Shown here in pieces: positions 63,708 through 64,000 of a DNA stretch of 64,000 bases. The stretch's first letter is position 1. The number at the start of each line of letters is the position of its first letter. The translations under genes were made by a program, and so were the position numbers. The notes beneath the pieces were generated by a model. It did not search any database, was not told where the DNA came from, and saw only the letters and a list, made by a program, of their open reading frames with translations. This DNA is from Minisyncoccota bacterium (GTDB taxonomy: Bacteria > Patescibacteriota > Minisyncoccia > Phycocordibacterales > UBA2100), in the NCBI GenBank assembly GCA_022842645.1, contig JALHPE010000001.1, positions 7,711 through 71,710 on the forward strand, written 5' to 3'.

Positions 63708-64000
63708 CTATTGCGCAAGAGCACCAATTTTAAAACCAAAGAGCATCTTTTCTTTGGCAGAATCGCCACCGTGCTGTCGATTGAATTTCAGACTACCATC
63801 TGTGCCACAGATCTGGAGAATTGCCTGTTCTCCACCGGGGTGCTTCGGAATCCATGAAGTGAGGTCATAGACGTTTCCATTTACTATAGACCAACAACTC
63901 GCACGCGTGCCATGCTGCGCCACGAGGGCGGCAGTCATGCCCGAGGGCGCAGGAGGAGGGTTTGCGGCAGTTTCTGAGCCGGCATTGGTATCGTCGCTTT
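63708..64000 (-). CDS. Cytochrome b5-like heme-binding domain protein (N-terminus beyond the window edge)
   Basis: HPGG heme-ligand motif (IPKHPGGEQAILQICGTDGS). The frame is open to the window end. Confidence 0.5.
   Translation of the reverse strand, partial: SDDTNAGSETAANPPPAPSGMTAALVAQHGTRASCWSIVNGNVYDLTSWIPKHPGGEQAILQICGTDGSLKFNRQHGGDSAKEKMLFGFKIGALAQ

Overview
This 64-kb window is a compact, gene-dense bacterial chromosome segment of moderately high GC by eye. Its character (few strong Shine-Dalgarno sites, many small membrane ORFs, giant secreted proteins, stripped-down housekeeping genes) fits a small-genome, Gram-positive-like lineage such as CPR/Patescibacteria. That lineage call is inference only.

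Core genes recognised from motifs: ftsA (3' end), ftsZ, trxB, a NaChBac-like voltage-gated channel, tsaC, an ABC exporter, tsaD, valS, a PrsW-like protease, Hsp20, a CDP-alcohol phosphatidyltransferase, a CapA-family protein, glutaredoxin, an FtsB-like protein, lepA, murJ, an O-antigen-ligase/TPR protein, nrdA-nrdB, DUF192, htpX-lemA, groES-groEL, secG, an OppA-like substrate-binding protein, RNase J, two HhH-GPD glycosylases, SGNH and HAD hydrolases, a YvcK-family protein, metK, RNase P RNA and six tRNAs (Ser-CGA, Glu-TTC, Val-GAC, Phe-GAA, Gly-CCC, Ser-GGA).

Accessory and unusual content:
- A roughly 4.7-kb, lower-GC integrated element at tRNA-Glu. Its large serine recombinase overlaps the tRNA 3' end and it carries a KAP-family P-loop NTPase.
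- tRNA-Ser 3'-end duplications that look like old attachment-site scars.
- A free-standing LAGLIDADG homing endonuclease abutting tRNA-Ser(GGA).
- A roughly 14.5-kb surface-protein locus: htpX-lemA followed by a 3287-aa giant secreted protein, a 135-aa secreted protein and an 869-aa secreted protein. The two large proteins share a previously unrecognised C-terminal module (amphipathic GGM..FF segment, Ig-like domain, terminal 4-Cys motif CLCEAEPNPAGC).
- Several short-repeat families: a heptad-array palindromic element (NNNGTAG x4, about 25 nt spacer, CTACNNN x4) placed directly 5' of the trxB and metK start codons, with a near-exact half-copy in-frame inside lepA; GGTGTTAGG repeats in tsaD and in the groES-groEL spacer; and a frame-breaking (AAGTATC)x4 tandem inside tsaD.
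- A synonymously recoded duplicate of the lepA N-terminus just upstream of lepA.
- A SAM-I riboswitch-like leader on metK.

No CRISPR array, rRNA or transposase was seen. Coordinates of RNAs and repeats are hand-derived and may be off by a few nucleotides.
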